From Desulfosoma sp. (lineage in GTDB: Bacteria; Desulfobacterota; Syntrophobacteria; Syntrophobacterales; DSM-9756): 64,000 nucleotides of DNA. Both the position numbers and the translations under genes were made by a program. The stretch covers positions 64,001-128,000 of the forward strand of contig JBBFKW010000001.1 in the NCBI GenBank assembly GCA_037481835.1. The letters are read 5' to 3'. Positions within the stretch are counted from its first letter, which is position 1; each line of letters starts with the position of its first letter. The notes beneath the pieces were generated by a model. That model saw only the letters and a program-made list of their open reading frames with translations. It did not search any database and was not told where the DNA came from. Positions 1-9,568 of this stretch are shown piece after piece.

Positions 1-8
1 GGACTGCT

Positions 9-1064
9 TTGAATAAACGGGCATCGCACGCGGTAGCCTCAGGTTCCAAGACATCCCGCCGGGCCGATGGCACCGGGGCGTTGAACGCCCGGGACTTGGT
101 GCGGATCGCCAAAGAAGTCCTGCACATCGAAGCCGAAGGCCTGCTGACCCTCATGGAACATGTGGATGAGAGCTTCGCCCAGGCGGTGGAATGGGTCTAC
201 GCCTCGACCGGGCGGGTGATCGTCACGGGAGTGGGCAAATCGGGCATCGTGGGGCGAAAGATCGTGGCGACCCTCAGCAGCACGGGAACCCCGGCCCTTT
301 TCCTGCACCCGGTGGAAGCCATGCACGGCGATCTGGGCATGGTCCGCAGCGAAGACATCGTGCTGGCTCTTTCCAACAGCGGAGAGACCGACGAAATCAA
401 TTTCATTCTGCCCAGCCTCCGGGCCATCGGCACGAAGATCGTCGCTTTTACGGGAAACCTGCAATCCACCCTGGCCCGGCACAGCGATCTCGCCATCTTT
501 ACCGGTGTGCCCCGGGAAGCCTGCCCGTTCGGGCTGGCCCCGACGGCCAGTTCCACGGCCATGCTGGCCATGGGGGACGCCCTGGCCGTGGCCCTGATCA
601 AGAAACGCGACTTCACGGTGGGCGATTTCCGGCGCTACCATCCCGGAGGCCAACTGGGCCAGAGGCTGCAGACGCACGTCATGGAAGTCATGCGCCGCGG
701 GGACGATATCCCCATGGTCCCGGCCGATTGCCCTCTGCCCCGGGCCATCCGTGTCATGTCGCAAAAGGGCCTGGGCGCCGTCCTGGTGGTGGACGACCGC
801 CGAAAGCTCATAGGGATTCTCACGGACGGGGATTTGCGCAGAGCCTTGGAACGGCACACGTCCCTGGTCGATGTGCAGGTTCGAGAGGTCATGAGCCCCA
901 ATCCCAAGGCGGTGGAACCGGATCGGAAGGTGGGGGAAGCCATAGAAATCATGGAAAAGCACCTGGTGACGGTCCTTCCCGTTCTGGACGCTTCCCACGG
1001 GATCGTGGGCATCCTGCACCTCCATGACCTCCTGGGAAAGGGACAGATCCGCTTTTCGCACTAG
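9..1064 (+). CDS. kdsD: Arabinose-5-phosphate isomerase (KpsF/GutQ family, SIS + CBS domains)
   Basis: GVGKSG, HPVEAMHGDLG, SNSGET, APTASST and HPGG motifs plus a C-terminal CBS pair; true start may be slightly downstream. Confidence 0.93.
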   Translation: MNKRASHAVASGSKTSRRADGTGALNARDLVRIAKEVLHIEAEGLLTLMEHVDESFAQAVEWVYASTGRVIVTGVGKSGIVGRKIVATLSSTGTPALFLHPVEAMHGDLGMVRSEDIVLALSNSGETDEINFILPSLRAIGTKIVAFTGNLQSTLARHSDLAIFTGVPREACPFGLAPTASSTAMLAMGDALAVALIKKRDFTVGDFRRYHPGGQLGQRLQTHVMEVMRRGDDIPMVPADCPLPRAIRVMSQKGLGAVLVVDDRRKLIGILTDGDLRRALERHTSLVDVQVREVMSPNPKAVEPDRKVGEAIEIMEKHLVTVLPVLDASHGIVGILHLHDLLGKGQIRFSH

Positions 1065-1073
1065 GACTGGACC

Positions 1074-1982
1074 ATGGCCGAATGCCGACTGCGGGGCCTT
1101 TGGTGCCGCCTCTACATCCCGGAAGATCTGGACGCTCTAGACTGGGCGGCGTTTCTTCAGGCCACGGCCCCGTGCGTGGACGGGTGGGTGCTCGACCCTC
1201 CTTTCTGGAACCCCGGCGGGCTCGGGCTGCCTCTCCAGGCCCATGATCGGGATCGGATTCCGGAAATCGTGGCGCGCCTTCCGGACTATCAGCCCACGGC
1301 TGTGCGCATCACCGGTCGAGACCGGGCGGAAACCTTCGAAAACGTCCAGCGCTTGGAACAAAAGCTGGAAAAGGACACCCGCTTCGCCCAAATCCTCTGG
1401 CTGGACACCCCTTTGTTCTACCACGGCAATCGGGGCCTCCCCGCCGTCTACCAGCAGCTCGGCGTGTTATCCCACCGCCCGTTCGTTCTGGAAAACGATC
1501 CCGAACGGGTCCGTCCCATAAAAGCCTGGGGTCGGCACGAAAACCTGCGCACCAGCGTCCTCAAGGCATTGGCTCTCAACCCCCGCATTCTGGGCTTGAT
1601 TCACCACGGATCCCTCAAACGGGTTTTCAACTACGCCAAAGCCGTGGTGAAACGCCCCGACTTCGGGCTGATGGACGGTGAAGAGCACACCTTCTTGGAA
1701 TACCCCAGCACCACGGGGGTGGTGTCCCTTTCGGCCAACCTGGCACCCCGCCTGTGGCGGAAACTCCTGGACCGAAAAAGCCTGAGCGCTCGGGCCGGGG
1801 ACACCTCGGGGTACATGGCCGTCATGAAGGTGCTGCGGGAAGGGCTGAAGGCCGTCGGTCCCGATCCCCTTCAAACAATCCCCTGGGCCTTGCATCGCCT
1901 GGGCTTCCTGGCGCACGCCCGACCCCTCCCGGAAGAATCCGCCCGGAGCCTTACCCGTTTCCTGGATAGCGCGACCGACTGA
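1074..1982 (+). CDS. Dihydrodipicolinate synthase/aldolase-like TIM-barrel protein, divergent
   Basis: 302 aa; PLFYHGNRGL, ENDP and GVVSLSANLAP segments resemble the DHDPS/NAL family; Schiff-base Lys not evident. Confidence 0.5.
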   Translation: MAECRLRGLWCRLYIPEDLDALDWAAFLQATAPCVDGWVLDPPFWNPGGLGLPLQAHDRDRIPEIVARLPDYQPTAVRITGRDRAETFENVQRLEQKLEKDTRFAQILWLDTPLFYHGNRGLPAVYQQLGVLSHRPFVLENDPERVRPIKAWGRHENLRTSVLKALALNPRILGLIHHGSLKRVFNYAKAVVKRPDFGLMDGEEHTFLEYPSTTGVVSLSANLAPRLWRKLLDRKSLSARAGDTSGYMAVMKVLREGLKAVGPDPLQTIPWALHRLGFLAHARPLPEESARSLTRFLDSATD

Positions 1983-3808
1983 TGTACGGACAAATCCTCA
2001 CCTTCATCGTAGCCCTCGTGCTTTTTTCCCTGCAGGAACCGGGAAACGAGGCGTTGCGCCCCCCTGTGAAAACCCTGTCCCTGACGGTGCTGGTTTTCGC
2101 CGCCTTTGTCCTCCTGTGCGGGGTGCTTTTCGGCCGGTTGCGGGCGGCCTTGCTCAAAGGCGTCCCCCAGGATGTGGTGGCGGCCCGGTTTCACAGGCTC
2201 CAGGGGCGCCTTTCCGTCCTGGCCCTAGGGTTTCTCGCCCTGGACGTCTTCGCGCTCAATATCAAGGATTTTTTCCAATGGGTGCCGGGATTTTCCCGAT
2301 CTTCCACCGTCTCCGGCCTCGTGGGCTTGGCGCTCTATTTCCTGCACCTGGCGGCCATCTGGTTCTGGGCCTACCCGCTCCATCGTCGCTTGACCGGCAC
2401 AAGCGCGGGACGGGCGGCCTTTATGAAGGGGCATGTGAGCTTCTACACGGCGCTCCTTTTCCCGTGGTTTTTCATCGCCCTCGTGCTGGACGCGCTCCAA
2501 TGGATCCATCTGCCCGCCTTCTTCGCATCGGAACTGGGCCAAATCCTCCTGTTCGGCATGGTCTTCAGCCTCTTTCTGTGCCTTTCCCCCCCCGTCATCG
2601 TCCGGTTCTGGAGATGCCGGCCCATGCCCGAATCCGCCCTTCGAAGCCGCTTGGAAGACTTTTGCCGATCCCAACGGTTTCGGCTCGGGGGTTTTTTGCT
2701 GTGGCCCCTTTACGGCGGTGACCATTTTTCGGCGGCCGTCCTCGGGATCCTGCCCCGGTTCCGATACATCCTCATCACCCAAAGCCTCCTGAACCTCCTG
2801 AACCTGGAAGAACTCAAAGCCGTCGTCGCCCATGAAATGGGCCACGTCAAGCGCTTCCACGCCCTGTTTTATTTGACGCTCTTCCTTGCCTACGCCGCCG
2901 CATCCTACGCTTTCCACGACATCGTGCTCCTGGCTTTCCTGAAGCAGAAATGGGCGCTGCAATGGGCGCTGTCCAAGGACACCGTGGCCCGCAATCTTTT
3001 CAGCCTCACCTACAGCATTCCGGTCCTGGCCCTGCTGGTCCTGTACTTTCGCTACCTCTTCGGCTACTTCATGCGCACGTGCGAACGCCAGGCCGACCTG
3101 TTTGCCCTGAAAACCCTGGGAGACCCTGTACCCCTGGTCTCGTCCCTGCAAAAGATCGCCTTCCACAGCGGGCGCATCGAGGATCTGCCCAGTTGGCATC
3201 ATTACAGCATCCGCGAACGGATCCACATGCTTCTCGCCGCCGCCGCCGACCCGGCACTCATTGCGGCACACGATCGGAAACTGCTGCGCTCCGCCGCCGT
3301 GTTCTTCCTGGGCCTCGGGGTGCTCATCCACGGCGCCGTCCAGTTTCGCCATTCGGAAAGGGCGCAGGCCTGGCGCCAGGATATTCAGCTCCACATCCTG
3401 GAAGCGGAACTCCAGCTGGACGAAAAACGACCGGAACTCTACATGGCCTACAGCGGGCTGCTCATGCAGCGGCAGCGCTACCACTACGCGCGGCTCATTT
3501 TGGAAAAAGGGCTGCGCCTCGCCCCGAACCATCCGGGGATCCAAAACAATTTGGCCTGGCTTTACGCCACGGCTCCGGCACCTTACCGAAACCCGCAAAG
3601 GGCCTTGGAACTGGCGGAAAAAGCCGCCGCCCAACAGCCGGACCCCTATATTTTGGATACCCTGGCGGAAGCCTACTACGTGAACGGCCGCTACGAAGAG
3701 GCTCTGGCGGCCATCCGGCGGGCCATCGCCCAGAAGCCGGAAAAGGTTTTCTATTATCTCGAGCAGGAAAAGAAGTTTCTGGACGCTTTGGAAAAGGAGA
3801 GGCGGTAG
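1982..3808 (+). CDS. M48 family membrane zinc metallopeptidase with C-terminal TPR repeats
   Basis: Multiple TM segments, HEMGH zinc motif, ERQAD motif, TPR-like NNLAWLY and LDTLAEAYY. Confidence 0.88.
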   Translation: MYGQILTFIVALVLFSLQEPGNEALRPPVKTLSLTVLVFAAFVLLCGVLFGRLRAALLKGVPQDVVAARFHRLQGRLSVLALGFLALDVFALNIKDFFQWVPGFSRSSTVSGLVGLALYFLHLAAIWFWAYPLHRRLTGTSAGRAAFMKGHVSFYTALLFPWFFIALVLDALQWIHLPAFFASELGQILLFGMVFSLFLCLSPPVIVRFWRCRPMPESALRSRLEDFCRSQRFRLGGFLLWPLYGGDHFSAAVLGILPRFRYILITQSLLNLLNLEELKAVVAHEMGHVKRFHALFYLTLFLAYAAASYAFHDIVLLAFLKQKWALQWALSKDTVARNLFSLTYSIPVLALLVLYFRYLFGYFMRTCERQADLFALKTLGDPVPLVSSLQKIAFHSGRIEDLPSWHHYSIRERIHMLLAAAADPALIAAHDRKLLRSAAVFFLGLGVLIHGAVQFRHSERAQAWRQDIQLHILEAELQLDEKRPELYMAYSGLLMQRQRYHYARLILEKGLRLAPNHPGIQNNLAWLYATAPAPYRNPQRALELAEKAAAQQPDPYILDTLAEAYYVNGRYEEALAAIRRAIAQKPEKVFYYLEQEKKFLDALEKERR

Positions 3809-3821
3809 GGCCGGCCCGGGT

Positions 3822-3980
3822 CAGGGGTTGGGACACTGGGCGTTGGGGGTTGAGGGTTGGCGGTCGGATCTTGGGGGTTGGGAGCTGGGGGTTGGGGGGA
3901 TTGGGACTTGAGGGTTGTGGGAATTGGGACTTGGTTGTTGGGGGAATTGGGACTTGAGGGTTGGGGTTCGTTGTTGGGTT
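3822..3980. repeat. G-rich low-complexity tract of TTGGG(G/A) units
   Basis: Many TTGGGG/TTGGGA units; ttgggacttgagggttg occurs twice. Confidence 0.7.
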
Positions 3981-4009
3981 TCGTACGACGCCTCGTCTTT
4001 GCCGGAATG

Positions 4010-4167
4010 TGTTGGGGTTCGCTTCGCTCACCCCAACCTACGTCGCCCCGGCACGCCGTAGAATGTAGGTTGGGGTGAGCGCAGCGAACCCCAACACCAA
4101 TCAACGTCGCCCCGGCACGCCGTAGAATGTAGGTTGGGGTGAGCGCAGCGAACCCCAACACCAATCA
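4010..4167. repeat. GTAG-type REP cluster (three 32-bp palindromic copies, 64-bp tandem unit)
   Basis: GTAGGTTGGGGTGAGCGCAGCGAACCCCAACA at 4065-4096 and 4129-4160, inverted copy at 4010-4041; lies between convergent genes. Confidence 0.85.
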
Positions 4168-4302
4168 CGAAGACAGCCGCCCCAAACCAGATCCTTCCCC
4201 GGGGCTGGGGGGCGCGCCAAACGCCATGACCGGCGCCCGGGCTCCGCACAGCTTCCGCCGCAAGGCCGCCCGAGCGATCTCCGGCCCAATCTCTCCCGCC
4301 GG

Positions 4303-5493
4303 CTAGAACCGGCTCACGATGGTGATGAGGTGAGCCACTTCCGAAAGGGGCGCATTGAGGTTCGCCCGGTGGTTGGCCAGGAAGCCGTCCAGGTCCCCGT
4401 CCAGGACGAGCCAGGGGTCCATTTGTTCCGCGCGGTGGAGCTCATGGAGGATTTCATCCATGATATCCACGGCGTCCAAGGTGACCAGCTGCTCATAGAA
4501 CCCAACCCGCACCACTCTCAGGATTTCGTACATGACGTGGGCGACGCCCTTGGCATAGTAGAAATAATCGTCCACGGCGAACCAGCTCACGGGGCGCCCG
4601 TCGGGATACCGGTCGATGATGAGGCTCTTGTTCACGTTACCGAGGAGGTCGCCATAGGATTTCATGAGCGACATGAGGTTATCGACCCGGTAGTAAAAGC
4701 TGCGCCGTCCTGTCTTCAGTTTTTCCAAAAACTTTTTCAAATGATCCACGGCTTCGCCGTAGGAGGTTTCCGCCGACGGGAACCAAAAGAGGGTGGCTTT
4801 GTTCATGAAAAGGTTCAGAGCGTCTTCCAGATCGCGATCGTAAGTGTCCGCCTCGCCCATGCGCGTCAAGCTGTCCTTGAGTCTCAGGGTCGTGAATCGC
4901 ATGGCTTCCAAGACGCCCAGCTGGTAGTTGTTGATGTTGTCGGTGAATCGACCCACGATGAGATCGTTGGGGCGCCACCCCAGAAAACGGCCTTTCAGCT
5001 CATATTCCATGAGGGCGATCATCGTTTCCACGAAGGTGACGCCGGGCGTGGGAGAAATCTGGGGAAGCACCACACCGTGTTCTTCGTGTTTTTCTTCTTC
5101 CGCATGCCCGGGCAGGGTGGGCGCGTGGGGTTCCACCTTCGGCGCCGGAGTGACTTCGGGCGCCGGCGTCGTCTTGGGCGCCGCCGGCTGGGGTGAAACG
5201 GCCCCGGTAGGCTTGGGTTCGGCGGCCGGGCTCGGCGCCGGCTGAGCCGGCCCGTGGGCCGATTCGGCGGAAGGGGCGGCCGGCTGGGCTTGGCCGGGCG
5301 CCGCCGTTTCAGGGGAAGGGCCGTGGGACGGGGCCGGAGCGGCCGTTTCCAAGGTGTGTTTTTGGAGAGCCATGGAGTCCCTGCCGAGGAAAAGGATGCC
5401 GCTCAGGCAGAAGACGCACAGGACAAGGAGCCTTAAAACCCTTTTCGTCGCAACGGCTCGAGGTGCGGCGGGAAGCTGCGCGCATCGGCTCAT
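4303..5493 (-). CDS. DUF2333-like protein with Pro/Ala-rich N-terminal linker
   Basis: GWRPND...DNINNYQLGVLEA, WFPSAE and DDYFYYAKG...ANHRAN motifs; start set at ATG 5493 (AAGGAG SD) because the longer ORF overlaps queD. Confidence 0.7.
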   Translation of the reverse strand: MSRCAQLPAAPRAVATKRVLRLLVLCVFCLSGILFLGRDSMALQKHTLETAAPAPSHGPSPETAAPGQAQPAAPSAESAHGPAQPAPSPAAEPKPTGAVSPQPAAPKTTPAPEVTPAPKVEPHAPTLPGHAEEEKHEEHGVVLPQISPTPGVTFVETMIALMEYELKGRFLGWRPNDLIVGRFTDNINNYQLGVLEAMRFTTLRLKDSLTRMGEADTYDRDLEDALNLFMNKATLFWFPSAETSYGEAVDHLKKFLEKLKTGRRSFYYRVDNLMSLMKSYGDLLGNVNKSLIIDRYPDGRPVSWFAVDDYFYYAKGVAHVMYEILRVVRVGFYEQLVTLDAVDIMDEILHELHRAEQMDPWLVLDGDLDGFLANHRANLNAPLSEVAHLITIVSRF

Positions 5494-5525
5494 GATCTGC
5501 TCCTTCTTTTCCAAGAGGGCGGCTG

Positions 5526-5900
5526 CTAACGATCCCCGTAGTACGTGGCACACGAATCCTTGGATTCCCACGCGGACACGCTGTAAAGTCGGCGGTGCGG
5601 ACCGTCCACGACGGCTGCCAAGGTCTCGAAAAGGAACCGGGCGATGAGTTCCGAAGAGGGGTTCTTGTCCTGAAAGAAAGGCAAATCGTTGAGGTATTGA
5701 TGATCCAGCTGGTGCAAGGCCTTCCGCAGGGCGTCCTTCACCTCGCCGAAATCCACCAGCACGCCGCTTTCTTCCAATCGGTCCCCACGAACCGTCACTT
5801 CCACTTTCCAATTGTGGCCGTGGAGGTTTTCACAGCGGCCTCGAAAATTGCGCAGGTTGTGGGCCGCTGCAAAATCGGCCATCACCTTGACTTCATACAT
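5526..5900 (-). CDS. queD: 6-carboxytetrahydropterin synthase
   Basis: FAAAH, CENLHGHNW, LDHQYLN, NPSSE and WES motifs. Confidence 0.93.
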   Translation of the reverse strand: MYEVKVMADFAAAHNLRNFRGRCENLHGHNWKVEVTVRGDRLEESGVLVDFGEVKDALRKALHQLDHQYLNDLPFFQDKNPSSELIARFLFETLAAVVDGPHRRLYSVSAWESKDSCATYYGDR

Positions 5901-5995
5901 GAATCCCTCGAAACCTCCCCGATCTTTTCCCACCAAACCCTTTGCCCGCCGGATGCCGCACGACCAAATGTTTTTGTCCTTCAAGCCCTTAGCGC

Positions 5996-6024
5996 ATTAA
6001 ACTCAAGACCCCTTCCTTTGTCAA
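5996..6024 (-). promoter_or_regulatory. Putative sigma70 promoter for queD
   Basis: Minus strand TTGACA (6024-6019), 17 bp spacer, TTTAAT (6001-5996). Confidence 0.55.
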
Positions 6025-6077
6025 TCGCCATGAGAAAAGCCACCTCCCCCCACGGACGGCCCCGCTCTTTTTGACTA

Positions 6078-6106
6078 TTGACAGTCATGGCGGAATTCTT
6101 TAGAAA
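6078..6106 (+). promoter_or_regulatory. Putative sigma70 promoter for tRNA-Met
   Basis: TTGACA (6078-6083), 17 bp spacer, TAGAAA (6101-6106), followed by GC-rich discriminator GGGCCGG. Confidence 0.6.
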
Positions 6107-6118
6107 GGGCCGGAAAAT

Positions 6119-6195
6119 GGCGGTGTAGCTCAGTCGGTCAGAGCATGCGGCTCATATCCGCAGTGTCCGGGGTTCGAAGCCCTGCACCGCCACCA
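6119..6195 (+). tRNA. tRNA-Met (CAT), elongator type
   Basis: GGCGGTGTAGCTCAG...TGCGG-CTCATAT-CCGCA...GGTTCGAAGCC...CACCGCCACCA cloverleaf with encoded CCA; paired 1:72. Confidence 0.93.
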
Positions 6196-6317
6196 TCTCC
6201 CGGACTCGTCAATGGGATCTTCGGAAAACCCGGAGGTCCCATTTTTGTATTGAAATCCCATGGATTATTTTTTATGAAAGGTTCCACAAGGATGGTCGGA
6301 AGAGGAAAGGACGGACA

Positions 6318-6605
6318 ATGACCCTGACCAAAGCGCAGATCGTCGAAAACCTCTTTGCGGAAAACGTCTTTACCAAGGCCGAATCCGCCCAGATTGTGGA
6401 AACCCTTTTCGAGATCATCAAGCAGACGCTCGAAGACGGCGAAGACGTCCTCATCAGCGGGTTCGGCAAATTCAGCGTCAAGCAGAAAAATCAGCGCCGC
6501 GGTCGCAACCCTCAGACCGGGGACCCGATCCTCCTGCCGCCGCGCCGCGTGGTGACCTTTAAATGCTCCGGGGTTTTGCGGGACAGAATCAACCACAGCG
6601 GATGA
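6318..6605 (+). CDS. ihfA: Integration host factor alpha subunit
   Basis: MTLTKA, ISGFGKF, GRNPQTG and RRVVTFK motifs. Confidence 0.92.
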   Translation: MTLTKAQIVENLFAENVFTKAESAQIVETLFEIIKQTLEDGEDVLISGFGKFSVKQKNQRRGRNPQTGDPILLPPRRVVTFKCSGVLRDRINHSG

Positions 6606-6630
6606 GGTCCATGTCCTTAGGCTTCGATCC

Positions 6631-7761
6631 ATGACGGCCACTCGATCGCCTAGGGAAGACGGGGGGACGGAAGGCCTTCTGTGGGCGCCGACCGGCCCCT
6701 TAACCCTCAAGACCGTCGCCGACCACTGGAAAAGCCTCCAGGACCTTCTGGCAGGTCCTTCCCTGAAAGCCGTGCGCGTCGATTTGTCCGGCGTGGACGC
6801 CGTGGACAGCGCCGGCCTGGTCCTGCTCAAGACCCTTCGGGACCGATGCACCGCCGCCTCCATTGCCTATGAACTGACCCGTGTCCCCCAATCCCTTGGC
6901 CCGTTTTTCGCCTTCGGCGGGCTGGATCGCCCTCCGCACACACAACCCGTTCCCCAAAAGGCCGCGGCAAACCCTCTGGAACGGCTCGGCCGCCTGACGC
7001 TGGAAGCCTTCCAGGACGTCAGGGAACTCATCCATTTTGTGGGCAGCGTGACCGTCGCTTTTCTTCCCTGCTGCCTGGAGCCCAAGCGGTTCCGCCTCAA
7101 AGAGGTCCTCTATTACGTGCAGCGGTCGGGATCGGAAGCCATGCCCATCGTCTTTCTCGTGAGCTTTCTCATGGGATTGATCATGGCTTTCCAAGCCGCC
7201 GTTCAGCTCCGGCAGTTCGGCGCCAATATCTTCGTCGCAGACCTGGTGAGCTTGGCCCTCACCCGGGAACTCGGCCCCCTCATGACGGCCATCATCCTGG
7301 CGGGCCGCTCGGCGGCGGCTTTCGCCGCCGAAATCGGCACCATGAAGGTCAATGAGGAAGTGGACGCCCTGACCGTCATGGGTTTCAACGTCACCGAATT
7401 TCTCATCATGCCCAAGGTGAACGCCTTGGCCTTTTCCGGGCCCCTGCTCACCCTTTTCGCCAACGCCTCGGGCATCTTCGGCGGCATGGTGGTGGGCGCC
7501 CTGGGCTTGGACCTCACCCCCGCCAGCTTTCTTTTGGAAGCCGGAGAAATCCTCTCCCTTGCCGACGTCCTTTCGGGGCTGGCCAAGAGTTTCGCGTTTT
7601 CCATTCTGGTCGCCCTGGTGGGCTGCCTTCGCGGCCTGCAGACCGAAAAATCCGCCGACAGTGTGGGCCGCATGACCACGTCGGCCGTGGTGACCTCCAT
7701 TTTCTGCATCATCTTGGCCGATGCGGTCTTTACGGTGCTGTTCCATGTGTTCGATATTTGA
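6631..7761 (+). CDS. mlaE: MlaE-family ABC permease with N-terminal STAS domain
   Basis: DLSGVDAVDSAG STAS motif; RELGPLMTAIILAGR...AAEIGTMKVNEEVDAL. Confidence 0.9.
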   Translation: MTATRSPREDGGTEGLLWAPTGPLTLKTVADHWKSLQDLLAGPSLKAVRVDLSGVDAVDSAGLVLLKTLRDRCTAASIAYELTRVPQSLGPFFAFGGLDRPPHTQPVPQKAAANPLERLGRLTLEAFQDVRELIHFVGSVTVAFLPCCLEPKRFRLKEVLYYVQRSGSEAMPIVFLVSFLMGLIMAFQAAVQLRQFGANIFVADLVSLALTRELGPLMTAIILAGRSAAAFAAEIGTMKVNEEVDALTVMGFNVTEFLIMPKVNALAFSGPLLTLFANASGIFGGMVVGALGLDLTPASFLLEAGEILSLADVLSGLAKSFAFSILVALVGCLRGLQTEKSADSVGRMTTSAVVTSIFCIILADAVFTVLFHVFDI

Positions 7762-7776
7762 ACTCGAGGCGCCCTC

Positions 7777-8589
7777 GTGGATGGCGTGATTCCCCAAACC
7801 GGAGACGTGATGATCCAAGCCGACGGGCTGACCGTGGGCTACGGAGACCACCTCGTCCTGAAGGACGTGACCTTTTCGGTCCACGCCGGGGAAATCGTCA
7901 CCGTTCTCGGCGGCAGCGGCTGCGGCAAGAGCACCCTGCTCAAGGCCTTGATCGGCCTCATCCGCCCGATCAAGGGATCGGTGCGGATCCGGGGCGCCGA
8001 CATCACCGGGCCGGACCGAAACGCGGCGCTGGATCTCATGCGGCGCCACATCGGGGTCTTGTTCCAGTACGGAGCCCTCTTGGGGTCTCTTTCCATCGCG
8101 GACAACGTGGCCATGCCCCTGGAGGAATTCACGAACCTGCCGCGTTCTTTGATCGCCGACATTGTTCGCTTCAAACTGGAAATGGTGGGCTTGGCCGACT
8201 ACGCCCGTTTCATGCCGGCGGAACTGAGCGGCGGCATGCGCAAACGGGCGGCTCTGGCACGAGCCATGGCTCTGGATCCGGAGATCCTGTTTTGCGACGA
8301 GCCGTCCGCCGGCCTGGATCCGATCACGGCCGCCGAACTGGACGAGCTCCTCGTGGAATGGAATCGCGCCCTGGGCATCACCATGGTCGTCATCACGCAC
8401 GAATTGGCCAGCATCGAAGCCATTTCCACCCGGTGCCTCATGCTGGATGGATCGGCCAAAGGCATCATCGCCGTCGGTCCTCCCGACAAACTGAAAAGCG
8501 AAAGCGCGGATCCGCGAGTCCGCGCCTTCTTCCATCGCCAACCACGCCTGCTGCGCGCCGGGGCTTCCTTCGCCGCGGCCGGTGACTAA
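7777..8589 (+). CDS. mlaF: MlaF/Mkl-family ABC ATPase
   Basis: GGSGCGKS, LSGGMRKRAALARA, DEPSAGLDP. Confidence 0.92.
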   Translation: MDGVIPQTGDVMIQADGLTVGYGDHLVLKDVTFSVHAGEIVTVLGGSGCGKSTLLKALIGLIRPIKGSVRIRGADITGPDRNAALDLMRRHIGVLFQYGALLGSLSIADNVAMPLEEFTNLPRSLIADIVRFKLEMVGLADYARFMPAELSGGMRKRAALARAMALDPEILFCDEPSAGLDPITAAELDELLVEWNRALGITMVVITHELASIEAISTRCLMLDGSAKGIIAVGPPDKLKSESADPRVRAFFHRQPRLLRAGASFAAAGD

Positions 8590-8599
8590 GGAGGATTCC

Positions 8600-9568
8600 G
8601 TGGGACGGCCCGTAAGTCCTTTCAAAATCGGCCTTTTTGTCCTCTCGTGCGGCCTTTTGGGAACGGCGGCGCTCATCTGGCTCGGAGCGTCCCACCTGTT
8701 CGAGGCCAAGGAAGTGTACGTGACCTATTTTGCCGAATCGGTCAAAGGCCTGCAGAAAGACGCCATCGTGAACTACCGCGGCGTGGCCGTCGGGAGGGTC
8801 GTCTCCGTCGGCCTCGGGCCCGACGGGCGCCTGATCGAAGTCGTCATGCATCTTCGACCCGATTTTGCCATCGACGATACCTTGTCCATACGGCTTCGGG
8901 AACAGGGCCTCACCGGCCTGCGCTTTCTGGAAATCGACTCGGCGCCGTCCAATATCGACGCCCTCACTCCCAAAATCGATTTTCAGCCCCCCTATCGCCT
9001 GATCCGCTCCTACCCGTCGGAAATTCAGGAACTGAAAATGGCCCTGGAAAGCCTTTATGGGAAAATCCTGGCCATGGACTTGGAAGGGCTCACGGCCCAG
9101 TGGAAAAGGGTGGGACATTCCGTGGAAGGCTTGCTCAGCAGCGAGGATCTGGCTCTGACCGTGAAAAACATCCGGCAGGGAACGGAAAGCCTCGCCCGGA
9201 CAGCCGCCGGCTTGGAAAAGGCCGTGGGATCGGCCGAATTTCAAGGCGGGCTGAAGGAATTGGGGCCCGCCGTGGCGGCCGCCCGCCGGGCGGGGCACAT
9301 CCTCGCCCAGAGACTGGAGGAAATTCCTCCGGGCCGGCTGGATGAAACGACCCGCCATGTGGCCGCCTTGGCCGACGAAACACAAAAGGCCATGACCCAA
9401 TGGAAGACCCAGACCAACGAAACCCTGCTCTTGCTGAACCAAGACCTTTACGCGCTCAAAAACTTGCTGGACCAGTTCACGACGACGGTGCGAACCATCC
9501 GGGAAGAACCCGAAAGGGTGATCTTTCCCGGTCGATCCCGAGACCCCTTTGAAAAGCGTGGGCCATGA
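8600..9568 (+). CDS. mlaD: MlaD/MCE-domain protein
   Basis: N-terminal TM, ESVKGL...VNYRGVAVGRV MCE motif, QGLTGL; GTG start after AAGGAGG. Confidence 0.88.
   Translation: MGRPVSPFKIGLFVLSCGLLGTAALIWLGASHLFEAKEVYVTYFAESVKGLQKDAIVNYRGVAVGRVVSVGLGPDGRLIEVVMHLRPDFAIDDTLSIRLREQGLTGLRFLEIDSAPSNIDALTPKIDFQPPYRLIRSYPSEIQELKMALESLYGKILAMDLEGLTAQWKRVGHSVEGLLSSEDLALTVKNIRQGTESLARTAAGLEKAVGSAEFQGGLKELGPAVAAARRAGHILAQRLEEIPPGRLDETTRHVAALADETQKAMTQWKTQTNETLLLLNQDLYALKNLLDQFTTTVRTIREEPERVIFPGRSRDPFEKRGP

Noticed and set aside
4010..4167. Mini-CRISPR interpretation of the 32-bp repeats
   Set aside because: One copy is inverted and the intervening sequence is duplicated rather than unique; fits REP elements
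5494..5811. N-terminal extension of the DUF2333 ORF to 5811
   Set aside because: Overlaps queD in another frame; a better SD and ATG are at 5493
6119..6195. tRNA-anchored genomic island at tRNA-Met or tRNA-Phe
   Set aside because: No integrase and no duplicated tRNA 3' end seen; neighbours are housekeeping genes
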